This document shows positions 17,462 through 19,379 of a stretch of 19,379 bases of DNA, in pieces. Location of the stretch: positions 1 to 19,379 of the forward strand of contig JBDRDL010000079.1 of the NCBI GenBank assembly GCA_043820925.1. Direction: 5' to 3'. A program made the position numbers and the translations under genes. Below the pieces are notes generated by a model. The model saw only the letters and a program-made list of their open reading frames with translations, had not been told where the DNA came from and made no database searches. Numbering within the stretch: the first letter of the stretch is position 1; each line of letters begins with the position of its first letter. The stretch comes from Methanobacteriota archaeon. GTDB taxonomy: Archaea > Hydrothermarchaeota > Hydrothermarchaeia > Hydrothermarchaeales > JACRDW01.

Positions 17462-17663
17462 TCGAACACTCCTTTTGTCAGCCTCCTTCGAACTTCGACA
17501 TTTGTGTTCCACACAAGCTTGTCCAAAGGACAATTGTCTCGTTCTCAGTCGCCCGACACTTGCGTTAGCAAGTCGCTATGCCTTTGCGCCCAGCTAACGC
17601 TGGTGACAAGCGTCGTTCTCGACCGAGAAAGCTTGAGCTTCGCTCAATTTCGAGCACTCCTTC
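17462..17663. mobile_element. 202-bp hairpin-dense non-coding insertion flanked by 9-bp direct repeats
   Basis: GGAATCATT at 17453-17461 and 17664-17672; 15/16-identical repeat ATTTCGA(A/G)CACTCCTT at 17459-17474 and 17647-17662; six perfect 5-6-bp hairpins inside. Confidence 0.6.
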
Positions 17664-17667
17664 GGAA

Positions 17668-18126
17668 TCATTCTGATTTCCCTTTTCTAATCTTAATCAC
17701 ATCGCCTATCGTAAGTTCTCCAGCAGATATTCGAGTACCAGTGATTTTTTCTTCTTCAAGTTCTTCAATAAGCTTAACCTCTAGAACTTTTTCGAGTTTT
17801 TTCGCCAGCTCCATAGTCGGAACCATTTTCTTTGTTTCCAGCCTTGCAATCACAGACGTCTTCTCATTTATCAGCTTGCCCAGCTCCTCCTGGGTTAATC
17901 CTCTCCTCTGCCTTGCATTTCTTATTACTTCGCCATAACTCTCAACGTATTCTATTATTTTTTCTTCACGAGCACGAGGGTACTTAAAGGTCGCCTGCTT
18001 TTTTTGCTCCCGCTGCTTTATTCGAACACCAAATTTTGAGCAGGTGCCGCAGGTGCGCATTTCCGAGCCTTCAATCTTTACATAAAACGGCTTTTCTATC
18101 GTTCTGCCGCAAACTTCGCATTCCAT
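17668..18126 (-). CDS. mbf1: Archaeal multiprotein bridging factor 1 (Zn ribbon + HTH)
   Basis: CEVCG...IEG...C..C..FG zinc ribbon, IRNARQRRGLTQEELG HTH, terminal LTIGDVIKI; next to pan. Confidence 0.93.
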   Translation of the reverse strand: MECEVCGRTIEKPFYVKIEGSEMRTCGTCSKFGVRIKQREQKKQATFKYPRAREEKIIEYVESYGEVIRNARQRRGLTQEELGKLINEKTSVIARLETKKMVPTMELAKKLEKVLEVKLIEELEEEKITGTRISAGELTIGDVIKIRKGKSE

Positions 18127-18221
18127 AATTACGCTCTGGTAATATAAGGGATAAGATATATATAAGCATGAGTTAAGGAAAAATATATTAATTTGGCGAT
18201 AGATTATTAGTAGGTACTAAA
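18127..18221. promoter_or_regulatory. Divergent promoter region, mbf1 / pan
   Basis: TA-rich box at 18156-18165 (for mbf1) and an A-run followed by TATATTAA at 18184-18191 (for pan). Confidence 0.5.
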
Positions 18222-19379
18222 ATGGCAGAAGAAGCAAAAACTAAAGAGGACGGAATGTCCAAGTATCTGCTGAACAGAGTCAGAGAACTGGAGAGGGAGT
18301 ATGTCCAGCTGTCAAACGAAAGCAATAGATTGAAAAATGGTTATTCTCAGAGACTAAAATGGCTTGAAGATAAGAAGCGAATTCTGGAGAATGAGAAAAT
18401 TCAGCTGGACAGAGAGGTCAGGCGGCTGAGAAGCGAGCTGGAAAGGCTGAGAACTATACCCCTCATAATAGGTACTGTCGTTGATGTTTTGCAGAACGGA
18501 AAAGTTGTGGTCAGGAGCTCTACCGGACCTCACTTCATTGTTAATGTTTCTCAGTTCATAGATAGGAATAGCTTAGTTTCGGGCGCCAGGGTTGCAATGA
18601 ACCAGCAGTCCTTTGCGATTGTTGAAGTGCTGCCATTTGAAAAAGACCCGGCGATTCTTGCCATGGAGATAGAGGAAAAGCCGAAGGTGAGCTATAAAGA
18701 TGTTGGTGGCTTGGCAGAGCAGATAGTGGAGATTAAGGAGACTGTAGAGCTACCTCTGCTGCATCCTGAGCTATTTGAAAAAGTAGGCATAGACCCGCCG
18801 AAGGGAGTACTGCTGTACGGACCTCCCGGTACTGGAAAAACCCTGCTTGCAAAGGCAGTCGCCCATGAGACGAACTCTGTTTTTATAAAACTCATAGGTT
18901 CGGAGCTGGTGAGAAAGTACATCGGAGAAGGAGCAAGGCTGGTAAGAGAGCTTTTCAAACTTGCAGGAGAAAAGGCTCCGAGTATTGTTTTCATAGACGA
19001 AGTCGATGCCATAGGAGCTAAAAGGCTGGAGTCTGCTACCAGCGGAGATAGAGAAGTACAGCGCACACTAATGCAGCTGCTCGCTGAGATGGACGGCTTC
19101 AATCCACGCGGCGACGTGAGGATAATTGCTGCGACGAATAGACCGGATATAATCGACCCTGCAATGCTCCGCCCGGGAAGGTTCGACAGGCTCATCGAAA
19201 TTCCCCTGTCAAATCAGGAGGGAAGGACAGAGATATTCAGGATTCACACCGGCAGAATGAACTTAAGCGAAGATATAGCACTCGAAAGTCTGGCAGCGCT
19301 CACAGAGGGTGCAACGGGTGCGGATATTAAAGCAATTTGCACAGAAGCAGGAATGTTCACAATAAGGGAAGGCAGGGAT
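18222..19379 (+). CDS. pan: Proteasome-activating nucleotidase (AAA+), 3'-truncated; absent from the ORF track
   Basis: Translated by hand from ATG 18222: coiled coil, [10 protein letters not shown] domain, [56 protein letters not shown]. Confidence 0.97.
   Translation, partial: MAEEAKTKEDGMSKYLLNRVRELEREYVQLSNESNRLKNGYSQRLKWLEDKKRILENEKIQLDREVRRLRSELERLRTIPLIIGTVVDVLQNGKVVVRSSTGPHFIVNVSQFIDRNSLVSGARVAMNQQSFAIVEVLPFEKDPAILAMEIEEKPKVSYKDVGGLAEQIVEIKETVELPLLHPELFEKVGIDPPKGVLLYGPPGTGKTLLAKAVAHETNSVFIKLIGSELVRKYIGEGARLVRELFKLAGEKAPSIVFIDEVDAIGAKRLESATSGDREVQRTLMQLLAEMDGFNPRGDVRIIAATNRPDIIDPAMLRPGRFDRLIEIPLSNQEGRTEIFRIHTGRMNLSEDIALESLAALTEGATGADIKAICTEAGMFTIREGRD

Noticed and set aside
17461..17526. 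22-aa N-terminal extension of mptA from TTG 17526
   Set aside because: It lies in the hairpin element. Family similarity starts at MIPDVQ (17460), which has an AAGGAG SD.
17462..17663. tRNA, SRP RNA, RNase P RNA or CRISPR array as the identity of the structured spacer
   Set aside because: No cloverleaf or T-loop context, stems too short and region too small for SRP or RNase P, and no regularly spaced identical repeats or cas genes.
17504..17938. 144-aa plus-strand ORF across the element and mbf1
   Set aside because: Mostly antisense to mbf1, S/F/L-rich shadow composition, no recognisable domain.
18692..19195. 167-aa minus-strand ORF
   Set aside because: Antisense shadow of the pan AAA domain.

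Overview
Archaeal housekeeping and cofactor region. The gene content (mtd, cofGH, cofC, mptA-like, DUF61, DUF749, purP, mbf1-pan) suggests a Methanobacteriota/Euryarchaeota-type F420/H4MPT organism; a Hydrothermarchaeota-like lineage is plausible but is only inference. In order: the A1 part of an A1AO ATP synthase operon (H-E-F-A-B-D, without I, K or C in their usual places), DUF61, DUF749, an AbrB-PIN toxin-antitoxin (TA) pair, mtd, cofH and cofG on the minus strand, a divergent metV-metF-cofC operon, two tandem purP paralogs, a second AbrB-PIN pair, an MBL-fold hydrolase, a membrane-anchored AN1 zinc finger protein, an MNT-HEPN TA pair, an mptA homolog with a degenerate active site, mbf1, and a 3'-truncated pan. 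Most interesting: (1) a 202-bp non-coding element packed with mini-hairpins and flanked by a 9-bp duplication, whose removal restores an exact ATGA stop/start overlap between mbf1 and mptA; (2) a second structured spacer between ahaB and ahaD with a symmetric tandem-GA hairpin and a similar SD-bearing 3' end; (3) an MptA paralog that has lost most catalytic motifs; (4) acetogen-type MetVF inside an F420/H4MPT cluster; (5) a CofC with Thr at a glycine position linked to substrate specificity. All family assignments come from motif recognition, not database searches.
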